DNA of 64,000 bases from Squalus acanthias (GCA_030390025.1 CM059430.1:153512001-153576000), one strand, 5' to 3'. Counted from the first letter of the stretch, positions 48,984 through 62,578 are shown. Notes: a model not told the origin generated them from the letters alone. Program-made: numbers and translations.

Positions 48984-50859
48984 TACTATGCATAGAGTTT
49001 GCCACACTTCACATTATTTTCCTTGGATACTCTTAACTGTTTGATAATGAAAATTATGATCAGCACTGCACCCAGTAGACATTCGTGGTGAACAGGGATG
49101 GACTTCCATGATATTTTCTCTTTCTCCCACATCATAAACACAGACATAATGAAGAAACAGGACTACAGTTTTAAAAAATATACTTGGTAACCCATTTACA
49201 TTATTAACATTTCCAGACAGTTCACTCAAAGATTGAATTGTGCAGCACTAACCATCTGAAAACAAAGGACATTTATAAGACCTTCCCTTCCTGCTGGACT
49301 TTTCTATGGCCAATCAAGTATCTTAACTGTACTCACCAATACAAGTTGATGACAGTATCAGTTGAATTCTGCCACCAATGACCTGATAAAATCATACAAG
49401 CCTTCACCACTTGGGCTGTATCTTGTGAGTGGCTGAAATTTAAAGTTGAACTATGCTGTCTCTTAAAATAGAAAATTAATATGTTTATTCATTTAAATAA
49501 ATAAATCAATGCTGATGACAAGCCTATGTTTGGACCACATTTTCAGACATTTTACATTCCCCATGCTTGCTGAAGGGGGAAAACCAGGGTATTAAGATTG
49601 ATGAGCACATGCAATGCCTTGTTCTTGTTAGCTCTGTCTCAGCTAAAGAATAATTTGCAAGAAACCTTTCAAGGATAAAGTAGCTTACCTGGATGGAGGA
49701 ACATGTCTCTATAGTAATATAACTCTTTTCTTCCTGAGGGTAAGATCCTCCCATTTTTCTTCTTATTCTCTGGTTTTCCCCACGATCTGTGGTAACTGTG
49801 GCTGAGAGGATGGGTGACTGAGCTACCTTAGCCCTCTGTCAGTGTCACTCTGAGATAGCCACTTTCTGAAAATGTGTGCAAGTGGTTCAAGAACAACTCT
49901 TCTCTGATATTCTCTTTGCTGTGAAGTGATTAGCTTTAGTTTCATGTCTTCCTACAGTGCTGCAGCTGAGATTGGAAGCTTAATCGAGTAGGGAATTGAA
50001 CATACATTTCAATTTCTATGACAACTCACTCAAAGATTGAATTGTGCAGCACAAACCTCAAACCTTCATAACCTCACAGGCTGGTACTCTAATACACTGC
50101 ATCTATATATCAGTACTTTTTAAATAAAGCAGCCCAAAAAATTCCTCTCCTTCTTGGAGAGTGGAGGCAGAGGCATTAGAATTTGGAGTAGAACCCACGA
50201 CCACTGGATTTCCGTTCCTTCTCTTCAGCAAATTCTGGCTGATGGGGAGGTGGGGGCCAATTCTTCTGTCTGCGCCCCTGTGTCTTGATGGCGGTTTGGG
50301 GGCATGTCTGGGGGCGTAACCAGTCTAACCTGGGAGTCCTGCCACGTATGCCCCTGATAAGTCCACCGGTTTCTACATGTGCTAAGAGTAGGTGTAGGTG
50401 CCATTTTGGGACCACACCTAGGGTGGCACGAAACAGGACTTAAGTGGTTACAAAAACTAGAAGAATCGAATGGCGTTTGATTCTGGGCCTGCTAAGTGGG
50501 AACAACTTTAAAGAAGCTTGTCACTGCTTGCAGTCTTTGGCCCAAACTGGCCTGTGGCTCTCATTCTTGGCAAGCAGGTGCTGCTCCAAGATTTCAACTG
50601 GCCAGTGGGAGGGCACGATAGCATCACTAGTAACACAGGCACTTACCCCTAATACGTTAATGACCTTGTACTCGGGATTTGGAATGGGGTCATTGGGAGA
50701 CAAAAATGGTGGGTGGACATTCTGCCCTGCCGCACTTCCGGTGATGCTTTGGCTCTGCTATAATTTTTACCCCAGTATCTTAGGATTCCTGCATTGCGCT
50801 GAATTAGATGTTCACAGCTAGGGCAGTGAATTTGATAAAGATTCTTAAAAATAATTGAT

Positions 50860-51773
50860 CGCCCTGAAATTCGCCTCTCCGGCTTGCCGCGGGGGTAAGG
50901 ATCGCGCGCGCACTTACCTACCGCTCCTGCCGTTGTGTTTTGGGCCCACGGGAACTTCAGCTCCTGGGCCTGCTCCAACTGCCGGTGCGCAGTGCTTGCG
51001 TGTCCCAGGGGCGCAGTTAGTGCGATGCGTCCCCTGGGATCACGTGGGCCATGGAGAGCCAATGGCAGCAGACCATCTTTCATTCATAGATTTGACAGGA
51101 GACCTGTCAAATCTGTGAATTGAAATCGGCCCCAAAAGAACAGCTAAACTTAAAATAAATTAAAAAAAACCATCACATTTATAAAATAACTATAGTTAAA
51201 TAAATTAACCACTTTAAACAAAAATTTAAATTTTTGAAAAAATTAAAATACTTTTTAAAATTGATAAAAATAAACTTACCTTTCTTTAAAGTATCTAAAA
51301 AAGATATACCTGTTGAAATGTTTTTTAAATTATACTTAATTAACCACTTACTTTGTTGAAAACGGCTCCTGTGCCTCCTTTTTATTAACTTTTGCTAACT
51401 TACCTGACGAAGGAGCGAACTGCTTCGAAAGCTTGTAAAATTAAATAAATCTGTTGGACTATAACCTGGTGTTGTGCGACTTCTCATTTTTGTCCACCCC
51501 AGTCCAACGCCGGCATCTCCACATCATGTCCTTTTTATTAGCGTAGGTTCTTCACTACTTACCCTCCCGTAGAAACCTGAAAAAAAATCTAAGTTTGCTG
51601 CGTGCGTGCAGCCTCTAGCGCGCACGCGGTTCACCTAGGAATCGCCCCTTCACCATACCGGAAGTTCCGGTTTCCCGCGCATGCGCAGTGCACGCAGGAA
51701 ACTGGCACTTCGGGACGCTTTACGGGTGAGTACGGACTGTGTACTCACCCGGGAAGGGCCGAATTTTTGGCCC
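50860..51773. mobile_element. Harbinger/PIF-type MITE, copy 2, carrying a mini-PLE insertion
   Basis: Near-identical to 15763-16526; flanks GAT/AAT. Confidence 0.88.
51388..51528 (+). mobile_element. 141-bp mini-PLE (family B): hammerhead + pLTR end + tail
   Basis: 12-bp TSD TCCTTTTTATTA; absent from MITE copy 1; TTAC-CTGACGA-A-GGAGC(GAACT)GCTTC-GAAA-GC-TT-GTAA at 51400-51438. Confidence 0.92.
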
Positions 51774-52577
51774 AATATAGGGTGATTGTTTATACTTAAC
51801 GGAGGGGAAATATCATCCAGGGTGCCTGCGTCAGTAGGAGAACTAAAAATGCCAACTGTTAAATAGGGATTGCTCTCTTGAAGTTAGGGTGCGTATCTGG
51901 GGCAGTGAGGGATATTTACCATGCATCTATCCTGGGCAGAAAAAGGGTTGAAACTATTCCAATCTTCGGCAGTGATGTCTTTCAACTTCATGAACACAAA
52001 TATTCATGAACACAAATATTCATGAAAATAATAACGTGGGGTAACTATTTAGGCCACAGTCAAAGGATTCCTTCCCGCAGTTTATCTCATCTCTAAGTAT
52101 GAAGCACTTTCAGACTTTTCACACACAAATATTTTGGAGCTAATTTCAGAATTTTCCAACTCTGGCCTTTATTCCCTTGAGTCATTTCTTGTACTGTACT
52201 AACAAATCGCCTTAATGAAAGTGACTCTTTATTTTAAAAACAGCCTGCAGGCATGGAAATGTAACTAAGAAATGTTAATATTGAAGCACGAGTCCAAGCA
52301 CAATGGTATCCATTAAATCAGAAAGCAGATAAGAATCACGGAACAATGTAGCATTGTTATATTATTACTGATTCTAATTTACAAATGGGTTCTGAATGAG
52401 AGTCTTTAATCAGCACAGGCGCTTAGATATTTAATGCAAGAAACATGTTGCAGATTGGTTTCTTTCTTCTAGGAACATATTCAGATATATGAGACCTCTT
52501 ACACATTTAAATAAAATGATGATCATCTTTGCACAATGAGGGTGGATAACTATTTCCCAAGCACCAACCAATACGTA

Positions 52578-52670
52578 AAAAATAAAAAGCAAAAATCTGC
52601 AAATGCTGGAATCTGAAACAAAAACACAAAATGCTACAAACACACAGCAGGTCAGTCAGCATTGGGGGAC
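52578..52670 (-). mobile_element. Degenerate PLE family A terminal fragment
   Basis: AGCAAAAATCTGCAAATGCTGGAATCTGAAAC..CAGCAGGTCAGTCAGCAT resembles 63243-63320. Confidence 0.6.
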
Positions 52671-54904
52671 AGGACAGATATGGAATATGCCACATGACTG
52701 AACTTCAAAATGCCCTTATGAGGTCCATATTGTATTTGGTAAACTTTGACTGGAAGCCTGAGGAACTGCAGTACATTTGGATTAAGAATGGGCCAAGCAT
52801 GGATCCCTCAGTCACTCCAAGCTTCAAAGGAAGTGATATGCATTTAGCATATTCATATATGGGACACTGCAGCCATTATGTATAATGTATGAAGCATTAC
52901 AGCCAATGTATAAGGCAGTGGTGCCTACTAGAAAATAGTGCCCTTTTCTTTACACTCACTGTTTATTTAAATGTAAATTTCTTGTCCTATTTTAGACCCC
53001 CATAACCGTGAATCATCTCCTCGTCCAATAGACAGGTAAAAATGCCTTGGAATATTTTTCTATGTTGCTGGTGGTATATAAATGCAAGTTGTTGTTATCG
53101 TTGTAGACAAATTGCCCACAGGTTCTGCCAGTGACACTCTATAACCAGCTATTTGGATTTGCACAGTTGCACAAATCTGTTGATTTTCTCTCCATCTCAG
53201 TGTGGAAGCCTCCAGTCAGCGTGTCCCTTTGATGACACAGTCAAAATTGAAAATGTCCAATCTTGAGAAATAATAGCTCTTATCACTTCATGGACACTAC
53301 ACATTGGAAGTCCAATGTGCGGTCCCACTAAACCACATGGACTTGTTACACCGTGTATCCATATCTGTCTATCTGTGCATCATTGTGGCTGTGCCAATGG
53401 GCCATTAACAGATGTAGAATCTCATTCAAACAGATGAAGTTTGGGAGACTGCTAAACCATTAGAAAAAGGTGTTCAGTATTAAGTTTGACAACATGCTAA
53501 ACAATTCCTCCAAATATAGTTTAAGCATGTGTATTTGTACAACTTGTTTTATATGATGACCTGCAGAACAGCTGTTGAACAAAGGATACATGTGAAGGAT
53601 TGACTGCTTTGTTAGACCTGCATTGGATTGTAATCCTTTGATGGCCAAGTGAGATATAACATCCCGTCAAATTTTACAATTCAATAAACAAGAGGCTTGA
53701 AATCACACTAATGACAAAATGCGTAAATGTTTTAATTTTGCTGGTGAGAACCATTAGCTGCCACGTATGGGTGAACCTTAAAAGATAATTATTATTTGTA
53801 CTTAAAGCATTTAAACAGAATTATAAACACAATGAGAATTGAGATTGCTCAAAAAAAATCCCAAGAAAATTGTGCACTGCACTTCACCATTTGTTCCACA
53901 TGTCCTCCTCAAGAGTCTTTTGTGCTGACACACTAACCACATCTGTGCACCATCCCCACCATGTGGCCATTTTGAGAATAATGTCATATGTGGGTTCAGC
54001 ACCATAGGATAAATTGTTAACCTTTATTTCTGAACAAAAGCACCAATATTCACTCTAAAGTTGTAAGTTTTATAAGAATTTCATGCGACATTGTTTAATT
54101 CTTAAACATTATGGAACCCTCATCAAGTAATTAAATTGGTTTGTTGCAGTTGGACAGTTTCAAGGAGGCCTGATCCAGTGATACAATGCGTTGTGTTGTG
54201 CCATGCACTAAGCGGCAGGAGCAGGGCTGGCAGCTGCAAGTGACTTCTGTTTCACTTTCCTCAGTGTTGACTTTCTAATGCCGCGATGGATCAGATGTAG
54301 ACAACAACTGTCGATGAGCTTTGAAAAGAGGGAGGAGAAATAATTGGTAGACCTACCTCAGGTCCTACTTTGACACCCAATGGCAGAAATGTTCTTTGTC
54401 AGCTGCCTGTCTTCTCAGTGGGATTTACTTATTTATGTTGTGAAGATGAGGATCCCTTTTCCTTCAATTATTTTTCTCCCCTTCCCTGGTATCCATAATG
54501 CCATACACTATCTGTGAAGAAGCTGAGTTAAGAGTTTGTTCCCATGCTTGCACCAATGCTGTTCTGAATTGAACGTACGAGAAAACGCAGATTGGCTCTC
54601 CCTCTAATGCTTTCCTTCCTTCCTGTGAAGAAGAGCTTAGTCACCATTTATCATCAAGAGCAGTTCAGCTGCCAACAGGGACCTGTTGTGTGGGGAATCA
54701 TTGGCACAAACCTATCTCCCATTACTCCATTATACAGCAAATTAGGGTCTCCAATGTGATTTGGCACTGCATCTCAACAAGCTGCTTTATTATTTTGTAA
54801 ACTTTTTTTGTGGATTTTGTGTTTGTCAGGGTGAAGTATATTATGTTGGGTAACAGAGGACTTTCTATTTCAAATGTTAATGTCAGCAGATTATGCATAA
54901 TCCT

Positions 54905-55215
54905 GTTAAAGGCAGAGTAAAGCTCCCTCTACTCTGCCCCCACAAAGTCCATTGTCAGATAACCATCTCTGACTGCAGCAGTCTGGCATTTTTCCATTTC
55001 CCACACCAGTCAACCTGTGGCCTATCTGAGTGAGACTAGTGCTAACTAGCACTGAATGAGGGACAGTATTGTGCTATGGGTCCATGCCCATAAGGAACTG
55101 GACTGAAATTGCCAAACCTAATTTTATGTAGGTCTCTAACTGCCAGCAGACAGAGAAGTTTCATCCAGTCAGAGTGGATGTGAACCCATATCCCAGAGGT
55201 GAAAGTCTATCATCT
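54905..55215 (-). mobile_element. LF-SINE-like ancient SINE
   Basis: AGGAACTGGACTGA, GGATGTGAACCC..CCAGAGGTGAAAG and GTGCTAACTAGCAC match my recollection of the LF-SINE consensus (reverse complement). Confidence 0.55.
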
Positions 55216-57302
55216 ACAGCCCAACACATCACAAACTGCCCTTTTTGAACATAAATTCAAAACCCTCATAAGATTAAAAATGTCACATTCATTCACAATT
55301 TCATTGAAACAGGCTCACGGAGTCTCAGATCAATTTTATTGACTTAGCTCTAAAAATTGATATTATACAACAGATAAATTTCCCAGCCAAACAATATTCA
55401 AGTAGCCTCTGAATGAAACCATTTTACTTGCATTGAATAAATGTACCACATTTCACACACACATGTATGAGTGTGGTTAGTTTATTCAGTTAATAATTAG
55501 TACAAACATCACATAAAAAGGAATTGGTTGAAATGTATGAACACGGTACACTCATTGCATTCAACATACTATATGACCACATATATATATAACATTTTTC
55601 CATTTTTCTTCACAATACTGCAATAATAAAGAAAAGATTTCAGTTACCATATTTTTGAAAAGTTGGATACAATTAATTTAAGGCACAAATATTCATGGAC
55701 TAAATACATTTGAATGAATATTTGGACTCTTCAACTGCCCGTTGGTAATTATCCTTCAATAAGGCGAGATTACAAAGATGCTGTGACATGTTATACCTTG
55801 TAACTGCTTAACCTGGACTCAGAGCTCGTTCCCTTTCAGATTCAGGCAACAAACGCTGTAATTTAAATTTTGGTTTTGACCATTTTATTGGAAATGCAAA
55901 TCTAAATCATCTCAATCAGATTTAAAATGTTCACAATTTTCCGGCAGGTTAAGATGTTAGAAGACATAAATTATACATTTTTAACTAAATGTCTCAATAT
56001 TTATGGGTATTTAGAAGATTTTTAAGGCAATCATGCACTTTCCGAAGTAAATAAATCCTTCGCATCACTGCAGGGCTCAATATTTTCCAAGCAACAGGAT
56101 TGGAAAGTAAGGTTGCGGAGATACCCGACAGCAGGACCAGCGGAAGACAAGCGTAACAGTACCGGAGTGGGAGGCAGTGCCTTAAAACAAGTATCTTCAG
56201 AAGCACAACACAGCACAGTGAGCATAGAATGACATACATCAGAATCGGTTACAGTTCCTTATCTCTGGCTTGTCGCTAAACGTGTAATGGGTCCGGGTTA
56301 ATTTTAATCTCTGCGGGATTTTTTTTGCTACGATCTGTAATGATTACTAACAAATGCCCATCCCCCCCCCCCCCCCCCCAGATAAAAAGATCACAATTAA
56401 AATAAAACCGTAGCATTGTGCTGGGAATGGTGCCGGCGAACTATAAATCCTATAGCACTTTGCTGACCAGCCGCTGTTAAATCTGAGCCCTGTTCATAGT
56501 CCTAATCAGTCATGTAAAAGAAGCAGAGTTACACAATCCAGTCTGGTGCAACGATAAAGATCCTTCGCTCCAGTGGGACTACAGTTCATGTCTAGAGGCC
56601 AGTGACCGCGACCAGGGGAGGCTATCGGAGAATCTAATTGATAGGCGCGCCAATAGAACTGATTCCTTGACGATCTCAGACACCATTTTAAAGCTGAAAT
56701 AAATCTTATCAACCAAAAGCAATGTTTGAATTGTTAGCTCCACTCTAACACTCACTCGACTATATATATATAAATGACTGAATAAAATGGAAGATTTGCT
56801 TTTGTATCGGAGTGCGCGGTGCACGGATGTCCCTGTGGTTAGATGTTCAGGCGTGCCTATCTCTGAGTGTACCCTCCAGATCAGATTGTGTGAGGGAACA
56901 TGTGTATATGAGGATGTCTCTGTGTGCGTTCGCATATATGCATATGTGCGCATGTTTAAGAGGATGTGTGCATACAGATGTTTGTATTTAGATGAAGGTG
57001 CGCGCATTTGTGTAAGATTGGTGTCAGAAATAATAAACACGGACAGTAACCTCATCCTGAAAAATAAAAAGCCGGAAACAGGATAAAGCTATTCAGCATC
57101 TCAAGCTCGCTTCTTTCATTGACCATGGGTACAACATTCTATCGTGGACTCAAAACTAAACGATCTAATCTGCTGAGAAATGGTTCTGTAAGATGTCTCC
57201 CTGCTTCCAAAGGCAAATCAAGCAAAATTGCAGATTATTGTCTACTGTTTTATCTTGCATTATTCATCCTTGTCCAGTTCTTTCTTTAACATAACATTCC
57301 AG

Positions 57303-58180
57303 AAAGTAAGCTGTGAGGAGGACACAAAGAGCCTGCAAAGGGTAATAGACAGGTTAAGTGAGTGGGCAGTAAAGCGGCAGATTGATTATAATGTGGGGAA
57401 TGTGAGGTTATTCACTTTGGTATGAAGAATAGAAAAACAGAATTTTTGTAAATGGTGAGACACTATTAAATGTTGGTGTTCAGAGAGATTTAGGTGTCCT
57501 CGTACAGGAAACAGAGAGAGTTAGCATGCAGGTACAGCAAGCAACTAGGAAGGCAAATGGCATGTTGGCATTTATTGCAAGGGGGTTGGAGTACAAGAGT
57601 AAGGAAGTCTTACTACAATTGCACAGGGTGTTGGTGAGACCACACCTGGAGTACTTTGCACAGTTTTGGTCTCCTTATCTGAGGAAGGATATACTTGCCT
57701 TAGAGGTGGTGCAACAAAGGATCACTGGATTGATCCCTGGGATAAGAGGGCTGTCCTATGAGGAGAGATTGAGTAGATTGGGCCTATACTCTCTGGAGTT
57801 TTGAAGAATGAGAGGTGATCTCATTGAAACATATAAGATTCTGAGGGGGATTGACAGGGTAGTTGCTGAGAGGTTGTTTCCCCTGGCTGGAGAGTCTAGA
57901 ACTAGGGGGCATAGTCTCAGGATAAGGGGTCGGCCATTTAAGACTGAGATGAGGAGGAATTTCTTTACTCAGAGGGTGTGAATCTTGAGAATTCTCTGCC
58001 CCAAAGGGCTGTGGATGCTGAGTCCTTGAGTATATTCAAGGCTGAGATCGATAGATTTTTGGACTCTAGGGGATCGGGCCGGAAAGTGGAGTTGAGGTCG
58101 AAGATCAGCCATGATCTTATTGAATGGCGGAGCAGGCTCGAGGGGAGGTATGGCCGACTCCTGCTCCTAGTTCTTATGTT
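57303..58180 (+). mobile_element. CR1 LINE 3' fragment
   Basis: LVRPHLEYFAQFWSPYLRKD; CR1 tail GATCAGCCATGATCTTATTGAATGG. Confidence 0.9.
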
Positions 58181-61100
58181 CCCACAGTTCCAGCAGATCG
58201 GGATCCACCATGTTTCACACTGAATTCGATTATCTATGTTTGTATTCACTTTTATAACTATCAATTCTGTTCCTAACCAAATATTTCTCCAACTCTTTGG
58301 ATGATATATTGTTCTACACAATGTTTGTGGCCTTTTCACTAATACTAACACTAAAACTATTAATGCCACTCCCTAACAGTCCATCAGTAACATATGCCTT
58401 GCTATTAGAATATCTGCTGTATCTAAAAAGGTCAAGTCCGAAGTGATGCTATTTTTCATTTGTATCCAAAAAGTTTCCGTGTATTATTTTTATAATTGCA
58501 ATCCAAAACGAGTGTATTTCTAAATTATTAGTTTTTTTAATCATACAGTCATATGTAAATATGATTTAGCATTAACACAAATCTATCAAATAGCTGTGAT
58601 CGAACTGTTTGTGGGTTATAGGAAAACCACGCAAAACAGAGCCCAGAAGAAAGAGATATAAAATGGGACTGGATTAATCTCCGAAACCGAACTGAACGGA
58701 GCCCAGGCCCAGGTAGCATTAAATCTGTCTCCGTGCCATGCTACAGAATGGTCGAACACAGGCGAAGGTCTGTGATCGCCACACATCGTAAGAGCAAGGG
58801 TCTCCAAACAGAAAGAAAAACAGCGAGTAACCACCAGCCATTCTCCGGTATCTCCTCGTGGCTGGTTAACGAGCGGTGTTCAGCAAAGGATGGAAGTCGG
58901 TCACCTGGCGGGGAAATGGTGCCCGGCGGTAGGATAAATCTGAAGGAGTCAACTAAATAAAAACAAAATAATGGGGGAATAGGAAACAACATCCAATAAA
59001 ATGGGCTACAGCGAGCCAGTCTGGGATCTCTACGGTTAATAGTAAGGAATCCTTCACCGCCGCAACATAAGGGTAATATATCGTTTTAAATACGTCCATT
59101 TTAGTTTCTGAAATAAGGCCTGTTTGTTGTTCACTGAAAGCAGACACCAAAACTACAGCTCTGTAACTATTGTCTTGCTTCTTCGAAGGAAATTGAATGA
59201 ACACTGACTGGACTATATTGCAAAGTATAAATGAACAAAGTAGTTGAAAGTAGATGCATGCATGCTTCATTTCGAATCAAATTACAATTCTTTCTCGTTA
59301 AAAGATCCTAACATTTTATTGCCATTCAATCTCTAGCTTTCACGCACATTAATTCTGATGCCGTTATTGCTTAAATGTGTGGTATCTCCCATTCATTCTT
59401 TCCATTCATTCATTCAGCAGCAGCAAATTCAAGTCATATAAAACTGTACAGGTGCCACTAACAAAGATAAATGAATACAGATGTGAGTTTTAAATGTTGG
59501 ATATTTAATAACACGCATTAAAAACTAAAACAGCATAAATAACTGGCCAACTAACTTACTGATTAGGAATAACTTAAACCTACTTGAAATCAGTTGTGTA
59601 AGGTCTTTGACTACTGCAGTTTATTTTTAATCATGTTCTCCTATTCAATGCTGCTGGTGCCAGAAGTGAACGTGAACCCCAGGTTTTCTTTTATAGTCCT
59701 GAGCTCAGAACTGATCCCCAAATCTAAACCGAACCAAACTTGGGACAGAACTGAACTTTACCCTTAAAATTCAGGTCTGTTCCCTTTAACTAAAAGTGTC
59801 TATTGGAAATGGCAACATCCGATACGACTTAATTCAACTTTTGAGATTTCATGCAATGTTAACTAAAGGTGTCACAATGAAATGATGAGGTGAGCAGGAA
59901 TGAGAACATTGTGGTGGAATGTCTTTCGGCGCAGGGGAAAACCTGGAGCATCAGTCAGTAAGGGAGGAGAGGTCTGGAGTGTCCCAAAGATGAAATCATG
60001 AATATTGATGTCGGGATCCTGGATAGCATGAAATGGGAAGCTTTGATGGCAACTTTAGCTGTCGTGGAAAACCTTGAACATCAATCCGAGAAACCTGGAA
60101 TGTCTGACGTGTGAAGCTTTGAGCATCCATGTGGAAGACTTTGATGTCAATTGAAGTACCTGGATTTCTGACGAGGAAAACCTGGAGCGTTGATCTATAG
60201 GAAGCCCTGGGCATTAATCTGAGAAACCCAGAGTGCCTGATGAGGGAGATTGTAAATGTCAATCAAAGAAACCTGGAGCGGCTCATGGAAGGAGCATTGA
60301 GTATAATTCGAGGACCCAGAAATGTTGGTATGAGGAGCCTGGCGTCGCTGATGGGAAACACTGAGCTATCTTCTCGAATCCTGGGGTTTCCAGTAGTGCC
60401 TGCAGAATCAATTCTTGGACGCTGGAGGAGGCTTCAGGCATCTGCAATGGTAGGACACTTTTTTCTTTAGAGATTAGTGCTGGATGGGTGGGTGACTGGA
60501 GGTTAAGAGTCTGTCATGCGGGATTAGTTGCTTTGATGTGCTTTGAGTGTCCGGTTGTGACACGTATACAATGCAACAAATGTATTAAATATGGTCCTGT
60601 AATTGTGACAGATAAACTGGTTTTGGAATAGTTAGTGTGATGTCCATTGAGGGAATCGGCCGGGAGGAGTTTCCAAACACAACAGCGCGCAGAAGCTGAA
60701 CGTCCATTACTAGATTTACAGTAGTCAATTTAAGGTACCTGGGCAATCTTGGCTGTTGCTGCATTTGCTTCGCGCTGACCAGCTGGGTAAATCCTCCAAA
60801 CCTGTTCCCCTGATGAGCTCATCATTTGCTAAAACAAAACATTCTCACAGAAGTAGATTTAAAAAAAAAACCATAAAGGCTATCAAAATGGTTATTCTGG
60901 ACAGATTATTTTTTGAGAGGATTCCCAGTGGTGGGATAGTCTCTCCGATAGCTGCAGCAGAATAGTCTGCAGCAAGGGAATACCTGGCTCGAATTCCCCC
61001 GACCAACCTCCTCACTGAGCGAGTTCTCAGCCCGGGGAGAAGGGGGGAGGAGGAGGGGGCACTTCACATCGGACCAACCACAGAGTGTGATTGAATGCGG

Positions 61101-61619
61101 CAGACAGAACTGCACAGCCCAGTATTATCTGCCCCCCTGACCGAGGCACAAACCTGCGAGTAGAAGGGAACAGTGCAACAGATCTAAGAAAGAGGAAATA
61201 TAATAGTTTTTAAAAAATCGATTGTTAATATTTAATCATGACCAATTCTACAGAACCATATTCGGTTACTATAACATCGGTGCCATATTTCTAATTTTAG
61301 TCTCATTTCATAAAACAACCACAGGATGAGTTTGCATTTCATAATCAATGATATCTTTAAGAAACAATTGTACCTTGGATAGAGAACCATAATCTATCAA
61401 ATGTTTTATTTGTTATTTTAATTTCTTGAACGGTTAAGGTGGTTAAAGAAACATTTGGTGCTTCGGTTTCCCGCTAGTTTAGGTAGTTTAAGTATTTACA
61501 CGAAGTAATTATTTACACTCCTCATTCGAAAATAGCGCTGCTTCATTCATTGCTACACCACAATCTGTTATCTATGAAAAATACTTGGAGGAGGGTGAGG
61601 GAGAAACACTCTCTAAGCG

Positions 61620-61960
61620 CTCCTAGGTCAGGTATGGCATGGTTAGATTCATAGTAAAGCTTCCTTCACAATCTCCCAACAATGGGCCTCAACCCTCAAC
61701 CTAAGAAGAATGTCCTCTTCTGCACCAATGTGACATTTTCTTTCATTTTGTGGCCTCTGAAGAGACACTGTCTGTTTTGTGCCATTTTGTGCCAATTAGT
61801 GCCACATTAGGGTAGCTTCGTACTGTGGACTCACAGGGAAGACTTATTGTGATTATCCAAACTCTTTTTACTTTATAGCCAGTGGAGACTTTAATCCCAT
61901 CATAATGACTGGAATTGAACCCAGGTTCTATCGGTAAAGGACCAGTTTCTAACCCCATGA
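61620..61960 (-). mobile_element. LF-SINE-like ancient SINE, second copy
   Basis: GTGCCAATTAGTGCCA, GCCTCAACCCT, AGTAAAGCTTCC, GGAATTGAACCCAGG; shares blocks with 54905-55215. Confidence 0.5.
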
Positions 61961-62414
61961 AACACCAAATCCACGTGGCACTGGTTATTAACATGACTAA
62001 GGGGTCTTTCATTGACTCAGCTGTCAACACTGTTTTAAATTAGTTGGGCAAAGGTGGGTCAATATATTGAAAAACGTGGGCCACTGTGATCTGTTACATT
62101 GGCAGACATCAGGAAACAGGTTGACTGTTGACCCTCCTGGCAAGAGATGTGCAGCATGGAGGCAGGAAGAAGAAAATCTTGAAACAATACGGGAGGGGGA
62201 AATAATATACAATACTTTACTTGCCTAATGACTGGTTTCCAAACAAAGTAATGATAGGAGAAGCACACAGTCAGTGACATGAAAGCCTTCTTCTATAATG
62301 AATTGTGAACTTCACCTTTTTATAACATGGCACTCTGTTCATATGGTGATATTTCATAACGCTTTCTTATGTTGGATTTATGTTGATCTATCATTACTTG
62401 GAACGAATAGTTAG

Positions 62415-62578
62415 AATCATAGAATCACATACTTTTACAGCACATGAGACCCATTGTACCTATGCCAGTTCTCTGAAACAGTTATCTACTTAGTCCCATT
62501 CCCCTGTCCTTTTCCTGTACCCTTTAATTTTTCTTTCAAATATTTATCCATTTCCTTTTGAAAACTATTACGGATTCT
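62415..62578 (-). mobile_element. Old CR1 3' tail fragment
   Basis: (AGAATCAT) repeat tail and RNSFQKEMDKYLKEK-like ORF end. Confidence 0.55.

Noticed and set aside
55994-57086. Short ORFs as a second host gene
   Set aside because: No recognisable domain; partly TG/TA-rich low-complexity sequence.
59935-60435. CRISPR-like array
   Set aside because: Eukaryotic context, highly degenerate repeats, irregular spacing, no cas genes.
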